A stretch of DNA of 24,052 nt from Zygophlyctis sp. KS116 (taxonomy: Eukaryota > Fungi > Chytridiomycota). How positions within the stretch are numbered: the first letter of the stretch is position 1; the number at the start of each line of letters is the position of its first letter. A program made the translations under genes and the position numbers. The stretch is taken from the NCBI GenBank assembly GCA_054661495.1, contig BAAFSQ010000150.1, positions 1 through 24,052 on the forward strand, given 5' to 3'. This document shows positions 1-10,200 of the stretch, piece by piece. The notes below the pieces were generated by a model, which had not been told where the DNA came from, did no database searches, and worked only from the letters and a program-made list of their open reading frames with translations.

Positions 1-158
1 TTGTTGAGTTTTCCAGAAGGAGAGAATGCGAGAATTCCTCCAAGGTGTTGTTTTGCAGAAATATTTACAATTGTGTTGAAAACGGGCTTGATTGATTTTC
101 TGTTAAATTGCTAAATCGATTTCTTTTTTCTTTGGTGAATAAGTTGATTTCCTGAGTT

Positions 159-186
159 TAATAATAATAATAATAATAGGGTTAGG
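159..186 (+). repeat. (TAA)6 microsatellite followed by TAGGGTTAGG
   Basis: Six TAA units at 159-176, then TAGGGTTAGG at 177-186 (under two telomere-like units). Lies in the unassigned region 1-570. Confidence 0.6.
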
Positions 187-570
187 CCAGCGAGTTTGAT
201 TGTTCCACACTCCTTCGGAATTTGGAGTTGTTTCTTGACCACAACTTATCACTGATATCTTCACAGTCTTGTGGAATAGAAGCTTTGCAGACACTCAATC
301 CATGCTGAAATCAGATCTTGAAGATCATTTTTAGAATTTTAGGTAGTGATTTTTCCACTCAAAGTACATCGTGATAATCGCATCATTATCGCTGAAGGAC
401 GTATTATTTTTTAAAATTGAAATTTAAAGACAGTAAGTCTTGTTGATGCATGTTTTGGATACTTGTGAACTATGATTTGCTAAACTTTGGTGAAAAGCAG
501 GAACTAACAATATATTGTTTATTGTAAACAAATATAGAGTCAGCATATTTTCCCCATTTTTATATCTTTT

Positions 571-1752
571 ATGGGGGAAAGATCTCAAAGTCTATTCAAC
601 TCTAAAACTGCTCAAGAGACAAAACTTGAACCGAGTAATCAAAGGGATCAGTCATCGGCGTATTTTGTTTTACTTAAACAAAAACAAGAGCCCAAATATT
701 TGTTTTCGTTTGGGGGTAATGAATATGATCTAGAGGCTCTAAAAAGTAATAATTGTATAATCATTATCAAACAGAATCCTATCTAGAAAAGATATATAAA
801 TTTCGGATTAGCTCGGAAATGTTATCTATTTTATCAGCTCCTGAATTCAACAGCTTTCTGATAAATTCCATACAGTATTCAAAGTAAGGAAATGAATGCT
901 AAATATCTAGGTCTTTTGTTATCCATTTTATTTTGGACTTGTCCGCATATCCGAAAAAGTACCCCACAATCCCAAACGTCTTGTATAAGCATGCATGCGG
1001 AATCAGTAGGTATATTTTTTTCAATAATTACATATTAGATCGGATCTCTTTGGACGGCAAATGCCTACTTTACAAGAAAGCTTAAAAGAGAAAACGGCAG
1101 CCTTTAAAGATTTTGGAAAATCTTACTGCTTTTTGGAACTTCTTGTGGGGAAGCAGAAAAATCGAGCATCAGGGGAACGTAAGTGGTTAGAAGTACTTGA
1201 TAGGAAATTTATTAACTCATAGCTTTCTTATGCCATGGCTAAGCAACTTTCCAAAGATTTGGTCAATTTAACTGTTATTAATTCTGTTCTTGAAGCAGAT
1301 CTAGACAAGGCTTTTAGATCTGAAATATTTGCTAGAAAGGAAGAAGTTGACGTCGAAGAAGTTTCAAAGGTTATTCTCAAGGATGGAGGATCATTAAGGT
1401 CGCAAATAAGGAAGAGCACCATTAAAAGACGACAGTCAATTAAGCATGGGATAATCACGGCCGATTGTGAAGACTGGAAATCAGCTGTTCCGGACGCTAC
1501 TTTGCAATGGTTACAAGGAAAGATTTCATCTGTGAAAGACTCTCCTCTTAAAAATGATTATGAAACCAATGACTTTCCAGATATTGTAAATTCAGGGAAA
1601 AAGTAAGATCAAATGACTTTAACAACAGAAACAATATTTCAATGATTGACGTGAGGGTTAAAAGGTCTCCACTAGTAAATGCGGTATTATCACCTCCACC
1701 CAGATTTCTAATGATAAACCGGTCACAAAATATTGGACATCTAGTCGGTTAA
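571..1752 (+). CDS. PPP1R36-like protein (protein phosphatase 1 regulatory subunit 36 family), spliced; 5' end uncertain
   Basis: Removing GT-AG introns 746-774, 884-910, 1010-1038, 1193-1222 and 1603-1628 gives one frame ending at TAA 1750-1752. Segments AFKDFGKSYCFLELLVG, GERKWLELSY, LEADLDKAFRSEIF and RSPLVNAVLSPP resemble PPP1R36 from memory. An intron-like stretch at 660-688 could change the N-terminus. Confidence 0.55.
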
Positions 1753-2525
1753 AATCTAAACTTTAAACATACTGCCTGATCTTTTGCGTCCATTATTTTT
1801 TGAACGATTTCATCAACACCCTTGCCAAACTTGACCTGAGCAAATATTAACGGTCCATTATCTCGCATTCTAATAGCATCATTTTTCATAACAACCAAAT
1901 CCGCACCGACATGCTCGGCTTAATTTAAAGTATTGAAGAAATACCTAAATCTGTCTTATTAATGACTAAAAGATCCGATTGCGTTACACCCGGACCTCCT
2001 TTTCTAGGAATCTTATCTCCACCAGAGACGTCTATTACATAAATGATGAAATCAACCAAATCTCTACTGAAATTCGCAGCCAGATTATCACCTCCAGATT
2101 CTAGCAACAATAAGTCTGTCTTAAACTTTGCATGTAGCTTTTCAAGTGCACCTAAATTTGCAGAGTAATCTTCTCTAATTGCGGCATGAGGACATCCCCC
2201 AGTTTCTATAGCAGATATTCGTTCTGGAGGAAGAGCATCATTTCTAGTTAGAAATTCAGCATCTTCTCTAGTAAAAATATCGTTTGTAACAGCCAAAACA
2301 TTAGTATATTATACTTACTGCCAAACTCAATTGATCCTTCAGCCTGCGACATAATTCCAGCATCAGCGCTGTTTTCCCAGTTCCCACCGGACCTCCAATC
2401 CCAACTGTAAACGCCCGCTCATCCCAATTTCTATTTTCCAACGGCATATCTCTGGATAAAAAAGTTCCAGGATTATCTAAAAGATCATGCGAGTGATCAT
2501 GCGAGTGATGGTGAGAGTTCTGCAT
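1749..2525 (-). CDS. ureG: Urease accessory GTPase UreG (eukaryotic type, His-rich N-terminus)
   Basis: [14 protein letters not shown] start, P-loop [59 protein letters not shown]. Introns at 2294-2318 (GT...TG, see findings) and 1919-1944. A possible third intron at 1741-1772 would move the stop to 1723. Confidence 0.95.
2483..2509. repeat. 12-bp tandem duplication encoding the HSHD repeats of the UreG His-rich tail
   Basis: GATCATGCGAGT at 2483-2494 and 2495-2506, plus GAT. Confidence 0.8.
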
Positions 2526-2548
2526 CGCAAGGGTGAAGGAACCTTGAC
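2526..2548. promoter_or_regulatory. 23-bp divergent spacer between the ureG and eRF3 start codons, with a CAAGG...CCTTG inverted repeat
   Basis: Sequence CGCAAGGGTGAAGGAACCTTGAC. Both strands read CCTTG-NN-ATG into their gene. Promoter function is inferred. Confidence 0.6.
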
Positions 2549-4387
2549 ATGGAAAAAGATTCAAAAATCTCATTGGAAGGACAATCATATAGTTTAAACT
2601 TGAATGCAGCTGAATTTGTTCCCAATGTTGGAGCAACTGAATTTGTACCGACTTGGGTAACGCCTGCCTCTGATGCTCCTGCTGCTACTATTCCCGATGA
2701 AAATCCAAAAGAGCAAAAGCCCACCATAAAAGAGATTGTCAAGAAAACTTCAAAGGAAGAATTGGCTTCTAAATCATCTCCTCCTCCAAAGCCAAAGGTG
2801 GTGGAGAAAGTACCTATTGAAAAATATGATCCAGCAACAGATGATTCAAAAGAACATTTAAATATTGTTTTCATGGGGCATGTAGATGCTGGAAAGTCAA
2901 CAATGGGAGGTCATATTCTACTTTTAACAGGAATGGTTGATAAAAGGACAATGGAAAAATATGAAAGAGAAGCAAAAGAATTGGGTAGAGAATCATGGTA
3001 TCTATCATGGGCTTTAGATTTGAACTCTGAAGAAAGAGCAAAGGGAAAGACTACTGAATATGGTAGAGGATACTTCGAAACAGAAAAACGTCGGTATACA
3101 ATTTTAGATGCACCAGGACATAAGAATTTTGTTCCTAGTATGATTGGTGGAGCTTCACAGGCAGATGTTGGTGTTTTGGTAATTTCTGCAAGGAAAGGTG
3201 AATTTGAGACTGGATTCGAGAGAGGGGGTCAAACTCGTGAACATGCAATGTTGGCTAAAACAGCGGGAGTCAAGAAATTAATCATGGTTGTTAATAAAAT
3301 GGATGATCAAACGGTTGAATGGTCAAAGGATAGGTATTTTCTCTACATATTTTAATTTTAAGATACGACGAAATAGTTTCTAAAATCGCTCCGTTTCTTA
3401 AAGGAGTTGGTTATCAAAAATCAGGTAGATTTTATTAATTCATCATTAGACCTAATAATAATGCCCATATCAGGATATTCAGGTGCTAATCTGAAAGATA
3501 GGGTATCCAAAGAAGTTTGCCCTTGGTATGAGTAAGTTCATTAAAGACGTTTGATTATTTAGTGGACCTTCGATGTTAGAGTTATTAGATAATATGGATA
3601 TTTCTGATCGCGACTACAATGCACCACTGATGATGCCTATTGCGGATAAATTCAAAGTTTGTCAATTTTTTTAAAAACCTAGGACATGGGGACTGTTGTG
3701 ATTGGTAAAATAGAATCTGGCCTGGTAAACAAAGGACAGACTGTTATGATCATGCCTAATAAGGTGATTTTAATTCCTAATTTCTTAGAAAATGGCAGAG
3801 GTATTGACTATACTTCAGGAAGATGAAGAAGTGAATATGGCCAAATGCGGAGATAATATTCGTTTAAGATTGAAAAATGTTGAAGAAGAGGTTTTTAGAT
3901 CGATTTTTAAAAATTAGGATGTTCTGTCTGGCTTTGTAATCTGTTCTCCAAATGATCCGGTGAAGTCCGTCTCTGCATTTGAAGCGCAATTAGCTATTTT
4001 GGAGTACAAAAGTATAATTTGTGGAGGTAACCGTAGCATAATTCTTTAATTCAATAGGATATACTGCCGTTATGCATACTCATGCGGCAGTTGAAGAAAT
4101 CACCATATCGGTAATTTGTTTATAAGTTAATTATAGGATTTGTTACATATGATTGATAAAAAGACCGGAAAGAAATCCAAGAAGCCGCCAAAGTTTGTCA
4201 AGCAGGGGGACAGCTGTATTGTCCTAATTGAAGCAGCACAAAATGTTTGTGTTGAAACTTACTCAGACTATCCTCAATTAGGAAGATTTACTATACGTGA
4301 TGAAGGTATTAATTATATGAATTATAACGAAAAGGAAAAACTGTAGCAGTTGGGAAAATCACAAAATTAATTTTTAATACAGATTAG
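2549..4387 (+). CDS. SUP35: Translation termination factor eRF3 (GTPase)
   Basis: [46 protein letters not shown]-terminal [20 protein letters not shown]. Nine GT-AG introns: 3334-3362, 3425-3449, 3532-3562, 3657-3682, 3764-3788, 3891-3917, 4027-4057, 4111-4136, 4306-4334. Stop TAG 4385-4387. Confidence 0.97.
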
Positions 4388-4390
4388 AAT

Positions 4391-5898
4391 TTACGATTTT
4401 TTTGCTTGCCATATTTTGACGCTGAAATCTGCCGAACAGGATGCCAAGATTGGCTCTTTAGGGTGAAAACAGGTAGCGTATACACGATCAGAGTGGCCAT
4501 CTAATCGCTGCAAAAACTCTCCCTAAATTATTGAATAGGCAATCAAAAATATTTACCTTATCTGGATGAATATCATACAAATAAACATGCGGATCAGCGC
4601 TTCCTATAATGATAAATTTAATCAATCCTTTACCAGTCGCTAAAAGACAATAATACTCTGAGTAAGACTCCAATGGCTCCAACGGATTAAGATTAGACGG
4701 TGAATAATAATGGCCTGCAATTACTTAAATGAAGGCATACCTTCATTCCTGTGGTAAAAAGAACTCTTTATTGGCCAATTTTTGTTGATATAACCTTTCA
4801 GTGTATAAAGTAAATTATAAGACGAGCTAGGATCCACAAGACCTCTATCATAAATACGAATTACTAAAAATGAGATCTATATGTCATACTATTATCATAA
4901 GAATTTACGGCCAAAAGTCTTGGCTCTTCACTTTCTATAAAAATTATATACCAAGATATTCTTACCGGTGGAAAAGGAGGTAGCTGTTATGTGAGATATT
5001 GGTTTATGAGTAGGCTCGTTAATAAATTCTTGAATGCACGCTCCAGATCTCAAATCCCACGTTTTCAAAGCCCCGGATGCATCAGCAGTCAAAACATGGA
5101 ATCCATCCTGAAAATTAATACTTTTGATAAGTTAGACTATAAAATACATTGAATTGATCATGGATGAATTCCTAATTGATGCTGAAACAGCAGAATCTCG
5201 CTTATCTAATATATATAATAAGTTTCTAGATGTTCCAGCGAGAAAGGTATCAGAATCTTTTAATTTCATAAATGATATTTCTTACTTTTTGGATTAAACG
5301 AGACACATTGTACAAATCCTTCTAAATCATAAGATGCCTTTAATTTTCCGCCTTCCATATCCCAAATTTTTGCCGTTTGATCGTAAGATCCACTTAAAAT
5401 CTCTGTTGAATCCAAAGACCAATCTATATCAGAAATGTTCAATGAATGTCTCGACATAATTTGCAATTCTTTATTTGGAACAGCGAATGGATCCCAAACC
5501 CGAATAGTTTTATCAAATCCGCCGCTGGCCAAGAACTTTCCACATCGAGACCATTTACAAGTATACACAGCGCCCGTATGCCCTCTCAAGTCTGATTTAA
5601 TTGCGAAATTCCGTGGATTTTTTGACGGATCTTTGATTATTTAAGTGGAATTTACCAAAATTCTTCCTTCTTGGAGCATCTGATGATGAAGTCAAATCAA
5701 GAAGTGGGTCCAGATCATCTTCTAATTCTAGAGAATCAAGCGCAAATGGCGTGAGTTTGTTTGCCAAACTATTGTATCGATTGGATAATTCATATCTTGC
5801 ATTAATAATTAGTTGTAATACAATGATCGCTTCAACAGTATATTTTCTTTTTCTAGAATTTCAACTCGGCTCTTAAGATCTTTCTTCTCTTTATCCAT
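4391..5898 (-). CDS. WD40-repeat protein with a short N-terminal coiled coil
   Basis: MDKEKKDLKSRVEILEKEN start. Repeats LRGHTGAVYTCKWSRCGKFLASGGFDKTIRVWD, ILSGSYDQTAKIWD, LTADASGALKTWD, GHSDRVYATCFHPKEPILASCSADFSVKIW. Nine introns of 25-34 nt restore one frame. Orthology not determined. Confidence 0.85.
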
Positions 5899-5951
5899 TA
5901 ATACTCAGCCTGGGCCTTATCCTGCATCAAACGTATTGCAATCTTTTATAT

Positions 5952-6924
5952 TTATTCTTCTTTTGCTACAAACTGCCAAACAGTTTGGGCCTCTTCAGCT
6001 CTACTTCCAAAATCTCTAAAAGAATGACAAATCACCTCCCATTCCACGGAAAAATCATTTCTTTCAGATTAATTTAACCGAATTACCTAATAATAAAACT
6101 AGCATCGCTTGCCAAATGTTGATCAGTAGCAACATTTAGCAATAAGAATGCTTGAAATGGCTTATAATTACGGTATGATGCGTCGTACCTTTATCTCTTG
6201 GCCTTCCATTTCCAATCTAATTTGATGATTGGGGTGCTGAAATTGCCTTTTATGTAAGAATGTAATCTTTTTACCAAACTGATTTATAATCATGCTTAAA
6301 AGTTAAAAATGCTGGTTGTAATTTTGCAACTCTAGATTTGTTTGTAGGAGAACGATGATCTGAAGATAAGTATAACTGTGATTATTAATGAATTCAACAT
6401 ACTTTACGGTTCCAAATAGGAATAAATACAGATATTAATACTTTTTCACCATATTTGGGTTTAAATTCAGACTTTGAAGCAGTCAATCTTTCTAACTGAA
6501 AAGTAGCTCTGACTTTTGGATTAGATTCGGACACAGCAGAGGAAGTTGAGAGAAGCATGCCTTCATCAGATAATAGATCAGGAAATGACTCTGGGACATT
6601 TATGCAGAGAAATCCAAGAGTTTGAGCATTCTAATAATGATTTTAGATTTAGATTTTCATACTTGTAGCATCAAGTTGGCATTAAAATCAACAGTGCCAG
6701 ACAATTCAGTCTTTCGATTAAGAAGTTAAATCATACATTTTCAAGAGCCGCACATAGCCGTCTTTCAGTTTTCTTGATATTTAGCAATCCTTGTTTGCTT
6801 TTTGATAGAAATTCTTTTAGTTTTTCCTAAAATTAGATTTAATCGGACATACTTCTCTCAAAATGGATTCTTCACACCAATTTCCTATTCTTCTCGCCAC
6901 TTTGGATGGAATTCTTTCTAGCAT
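5952..6924 (-). CDS. CFAP161: Cilia- and flagella-associated protein 161 (C15orf26-like)
   Basis: Missing from the ORF track. Seven introns (26-32 nt) give RRIGNWCEESILREEKLKEFL, LYLSSDHRSP, WQFQHPNHQIRLEMEGQEI, NVATDQHLA and RNDFSVEWEVICHSFRD...QTVWQFV, matching recalled CFAP161 motifs. Confidence 0.8.
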
Positions 6925-6969
6925 TATTCAAAATGGATCAAGAAAGACTGACGTTTTCTAATCGGGAAT

Positions 6970-7983
6970 TTATTTCTTCTTTGCCAAGAGTTTCTTCTTT
7001 TCTTCTTCTTCAATCTTTTTTAGTTTTTGGTTATACGTTTCTTCTTGTTGCGCCAATTTAGTACTTAATGATGCTTTAAGTTGATCCAATTTAGATGATA
7101 AAGACGCAGCAATAATGCCTTTCAACTCCTTCACGGCAGAATCATGCTTGTTTACGACTCCTTGTAATTAGTCATCATCATATACCTGACTCAATGTTAA
7201 TATCAGTATTCACGCTCTTAATGATATCATCAGCTAGACTCAAGTTTGCATTTGTATCATTTTCCGAACTCTATAATCCTTAAATACCTAATTACCATAA
7301 ATGATTCTACAACCTGACTATCAAGCATACTTTTAGATATTCCATCTCCTTGCTGAACTGAAGGATCTTCTAATCTGAATTCCATCTTCATTTTCTTTGT
7401 AAATACATATTTATACATCATATAATGACGAAAATAACTATACTCAGTATATTTGAAAAATACGTATTCCCAACATAGTCTGTAATTAGTGCCATATCAT
7501 CAGTAGTAAATATTTTTTCAGATATTGGAGGTCGATGAATACAGTAACGAAGCAGTAGGCTTTTAAAGTATGCATAATCATTCTCTACTTGTATAAAGGG
7601 ATTAGCTACATGTAAGATTTAAAAACTCTTACAGACTGTCTGATCATGAGTTTCCTTGAGAATAGAAAAGAAAACTGATGTTTTTTCTGGAGAAAACTTG
7701 TTATCGGCAGCAAATCTAGAAATGTTGATTTTTCAAGTTTACTTTAGTGTATAATAATATAGATCAAGTAAGATTTCAGTCTTTTGGTCAAAATCAAGTG
7801 AAAAATGATTGGCTAGATATCTAAAATTTAATACTCTGAAAGTACTTTATCGCATCTTCAGGAGCTAGAATGCCGTTAAACTCATAAATTTGCTTCAACG
7901 ACAAATTCTTCCTAGAGTATTGGTCAGATCAAATCTCACCAAAGTAATGAAGACTGATTGGTCAATTGAAAAATTATTACCAT
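6970..7983 (-). CDS. CFAP119: Flagellar central-pair C1a-32 domain protein (CFAP119/CCDC189-like)
   Basis: Missing from the ORF track. Eight introns (25-28 nt) give ILLDLYYYTLKFAADNKFSPEKTSVFFSILKETH, FKSLLLRYCIHRPPISEKIF and ITDYVGNTYFRHYMMYKYVFT, typical of the C1a-32 family, followed by a C-terminal coiled coil. Confidence 0.8.
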
Positions 7984-8023
7984 TCTATCACAGTATTAGT
8001 TTTATTTAACGATCGGAAGTTTT

Positions 8024-10159
8024 CTATTTTTCGGGATTTCCACTGAGATAGTCTAGATATGTATTGGGCTCTGGATATGGGCGGGGTCCAAGCAATCTAA
8101 TCATATCTTCTCTGCCAATAACTTCCTTTTCCAACAAAAGATTTGCAACTTTTTCCACTTCAGATTTCTTATCCTTGAGTAAGTTCAAGGTCCTTTCATA
8201 GGCACTTGCAACAATCGATCGTACTTCTTCATCCATAATAGTTCCAGTAGCTTCCGAAAATGGTTTTTGAAACTGACCATCCTTATCTCCATTTCCATAA
8301 GAAATATTGCCCAAAGAACTTCCCATTCCATAAGTGGAAACTTTTGCGTATGCCATTTTGGTTACCTTTTGCAAATCATCAGATGCTCCTGTAGTAATAG
8401 AATCAAAAAATATTTTTTCTGCAGCCCTTCCACCAAGTGTCATGCACATCATATCAAGAATTTGAGATGTTGATTGGAGATGTTCTTCTCTAGGCAAATA
8501 CTGAGCATATCCTAATGCACCAATTCCCCTAGGAATGATTGAGACTTTAAGTAGAGGGTGAGCATGTTCCAGAAACCAACCTGCAACTGCATGACCGGCT
8601 TCATGATGTGCAACAATTTTCTTCTCATTTGGTGTTAAAACTTTTGACTTCTTCTCTAATCCAGCAATTACCCTTTCTATAGCAGCTTCAAAGTCAGCTT
8701 CCTTCACGGTTTCGCCTAGATTTCTTGCAGCGATTAAAGCTGCTTCATTGCAAACATTTGCAACATCAGCGCCAGAAAATCCTGGAGTGAGAGCAGCTAA
8801 TTTTCGGGATATTCTACTAATGTCTTCGGTCGTTTTAATTGGTTTCAAATGAACTTTGAATATATCAACTCTCCCTTTTATGTCAGGCAAGTCAATGGAT
8901 ATATGTCGGTCAAATCGACCGGGTCTTAGTAATGCAGGATCCAGAACATCAGGCCTATTTGTACCAGCTAAAACCACTACATGCTCATCTGAGCCAAATC
9001 CATCCATTTCAACCAGTAATTGATTCAAAGTATTTTCCCGCTCGTCATTTCCTCCGCCCATCCTTCCTCTTCCACGGGCTTTTCCAATTGCATCTATTTC
9101 ATCAACGAAAATAATTGCTGGAGCCATAGATTTCGCTCTCTGGAATAAATCCCTTACTCTAGATGAGCCAACTCCAACAAACATTTCGACAAATTCTGAG
9201 CCTGAAACACTTAAAAATGGCACTCCAGCTTCACCGGCCGTTGCTTTTGCCAGTAAGGTTTTACCGGTTCCTGGAGGGCCAGATAGAATGGCACCTTTGG
9301 GGATTCTAGCTCCTAATTTCTCATATCTGCCAGGATCCTTTAAAAATTTGACAAATTCCATAATTTCTTCTTTAGCTTCATCCATGCCTGCAATATCCTT
9401 GAATTTGACCTTGACATCTTTTTCTTGATTAAACAGTTTTGCTCTTGTTTTCCCGATTCCAAAAATCCCTTGGGATCCAGAAGCTCCTCCAGCTCTTTTT
9501 GACATCCAAAACAAGAATCCTAAAAACAAAAGTGTCGGTGAAAGATTCAATAAAACACTAGATATGCTAACTTCATTGGCATATGTGATTGGTATACGGT
9601 CTTTGGCCGGAATTCCCAACTCATCTTGAGCGGTTTTCATGTTCTTTTCAAAAGAGTCGACACTGCCTATTGAAAAATGATAGAATTTTGCGGGACCAGA
9701 GTACCCTCCACCGCCTCTCAGAAATACATGCACAGTGCTCTTATTCACAACCACTAAATGATCCACTAGACCCTGTTCTAAAAAGTTATTTCTAAAGTCT
9801 GCAAATGATATTCTTCTGTCATCGCTGCTTCCTGAAGAGGCAAAATAAAGGGCCAATGATAAAGCAAACAACAATGCGTAAGCGCTTTGCGGATTGATTG
9901 GCAGTTGGGGCGGTTTCTGTGGAGATTTGTTGAATCTATCATCTTTCTATTAAGAATAAAATCCTACTTTTATTATCGGAGTCGTTTGATTTTTTCTTGC
10001 CAAATATGTCTTCGAATCTAGTCATCAACTTCGATTATTAGCTTACCCAGGAGGAATGGATGGCATTCCTTTATTCAGAATCACAGGAAAATTGGTCCAA
10101 TTTTTAGGCAAAGAAAATGCTCTCATTTGCTGAATTGGCAGTCTTAATCTGCGAAACAT
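8024..10159 (-). CDS. AFG3: Mitochondrial m-AAA protease subunit (AFG3/YTA12, FtsH family)
   Basis: Arg-rich presequence [16 protein letters not shown], two hydrophobic segments, Walker A GPPGTGKT, Walker [22 protein letters not shown], zinc motif HEAGH. Two 5' introns (29 nt, and 25 nt at 9943-9967); the last exon 8024-9942 is uninterrupted. AFG3 versus YTA12 not resolved. Confidence 0.92.
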
Positions 10160-10200
10160 TTCAAATTTATTTTTTGTGGCACCTACGCCTTCTTGAAAGA

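Noticed and set aside
177-186. TAGGGTTAGG as a telomere
   Set aside because: Less than two repeat units and internal to the window.
635-690. Nested (twin) intron at the 5' end of the PPP1R36-like gene
   Set aside because: Removing 660-688 does create a second GT...CAG 27-mer, but double splicing puts the ATG at 571 out of frame, so it is not supported.
2526-2636. Longer ureG N-terminus given by the ORF track (start 2636)
   Set aside because: It starts at a non-ATG codon antisense to eRF3 coding sequence. An in-frame ATG at 2591 also lies inside eRF3, while the ATG at 2525 directly precedes the His-rich tail typical of eukaryotic UreG.
2549-4387. Fragmented ORFs as pseudogenes, frameshifting or a reassigned stop codon
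   Set aside because: Every break is repaired by a 25-34 nt intron under the standard code, and TAA, TAG and TGA all serve as real stops in the window.
5898-5927. 9-codon ORF (MQDKAQAEY*) whose TAA overlaps the WD40 ATG (TAATG), suggesting termination-reinitiation
   Set aside because: Single instance, easily produced by chance in AT-rich DNA, and it may lie upstream of the transcription start.
8024-9942. 1.9-kb intron-free AFG3 exon as a horizontally acquired bacterial ftsH
   Set aside because: The gene has a mitochondrial presequence, two 5' introns and eukaryotic m-AAA motifs (e.g. [12 protein letters not shown]).
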